Assembly: GCA_046583355.1 (NCBI GenBank)
Contig: JAYGCM010000036.1
Coordinates: 1 to 43,555 of the forward strand
DNA: 43,555 nucleotides
Source of the DNA: Deltaproteobacteria bacterium
Lineage (GTDB): Bacteria > Desulfobacterota > Binatia > UBA12015
Reading direction: 5' to 3'
In this document: positions 43,066 to 43,555 of the stretch, piece by piece
Position numbering within the stretch: position 1 is the stretch's first letter
Layout: the number at the start of each line of letters is the position of its first letter
The notes under the pieces: generated by a model
The model's input: only the letters and a program-made list of their open reading frames with translations
Database searches by the model: none
Told to the model about the DNA's origin: nothing
Made by a program: the position numbers and the translations under genes

Positions 43066-43555
43066 TCAATCCGGCCAACGCGGCTCACGCTTCTGCAAGA
43101 AGGCCTGCCAGGCTTCGATGCATTCGGGGCTGCCGATGCTCTGCTGGAACATGCCGAAATCGAGCGAAGGCAATTGGCGGTTGAAATCACGCTTGGCCAT
43201 CGTGCGGGAGCGCGGCCCGGTGCTGCGGACCTCGCTGATCGTGCGCGCCACCGCAGCGTCGAGCTCGCCATCGGGCACGACCTCGCCAATCAGGCCCATT
43301 GCCAGCGCTTCCGCAGCAGAAAAATAGCGTCCCGTGAAGGCCAATTGCTTGGCGCGCGCCATGCCGACGCGGGTCGCCAAACGTCCCATGACCCACGGGT
43401 CGGCGACCCCGCGGAGCAATTCTGGTACGCGAAAGCGCGCGCTCTCGACGGCGATGGAAAGATCGCTCATCAGGGTCATGACGAGGCCGCCGCCTTGGCA
43501 CATGCCGTTGATGGCCACGAGGAAGAGCTTCGGGCAGCGCTCGATCTCGACGAAA
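43066..43555 (-). CDS. Enoyl-CoA hydratase/isomerase family, 5' end outside window
   Basis: ERCPKLFLVAINGMCQGGG, FRVPELLRG, FSAAEALAMGLIGEVVP, FLQKREPRW. Confidence 0.88.
   Translation of the reverse strand, partial: FVEIERCPKLFLVAINGMCQGGGLVMTLMSDLSIAVESARFRVPELLRGVADPWVMGRLATRVGMARAKQLAFTGRYFSAAEALAMGLIGEVVPDGELDAAVARTISEVRSTGPRSRTMAKRDFNRQLPSLDFGMFQQSIGSPECIEAWQAFLQKREPRWPD

Noticed and set aside
1..43555. CRISPR arrays, rRNA, tRNA, riboswitches
   Set aside because: Intergenic gaps are short and none showed periodic repeats or recognisable RNA gene signatures by eye; an Infernal/tRNAscan run would be needed to exclude small RNAs.

Overview
A high-GC bacterial window (roughly 65% by eye) from a diderm organism, since it carries two TonB-dependent receptors. 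The gene style is reminiscent of Candidatus Binatia or Myxococcota-like lineages, which is inference only. It is gene-dense and almost wholly catabolic. (1) 1-10073: glycoside oxidation cluster with a ThuA-like lipoprotein, FAD/FeS GMC oxidoreductase plus Tat small subunit, ketose 3-epimerase-family protein, TBDR, XylR, DUF1080, VOC protein and NADPH:quinone reductase. (2) 10117-14002: a Phd-PIN toxin-antitoxin pair, a PQQ dehydrogenase with an internal cytochrome c, and a PhyH dioxygenase. (3) 14232-37087: a ~23 kb block joining glycosidases (two GH3, GH2, Na+/sugar symporter) with lipid/aglycone-modifying genes (two P450s, sterol desaturase-like, SRPBCC, amidohydrolase, CoA-transferase, thioesterase, crotonase, TBDR, DUF3604) and a MarR regulator. 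A palindromic GTCAA-N5-TTGAC box recurs seven times, upstream of every apparent transcription unit in this block including marR itself, suggesting one unannotated regulon for breaking down a hydrophobic glycoside. (4) 37099-39135: TetR amid gene remnants. (5) 39261-43555: a 2-oxoacid dehydrogenase-like operon with fused E1, free lipoyl domain and catalytic-only E2 between crotonases. No rRNA, tRNA, CRISPR array or intact transposase was recognised.
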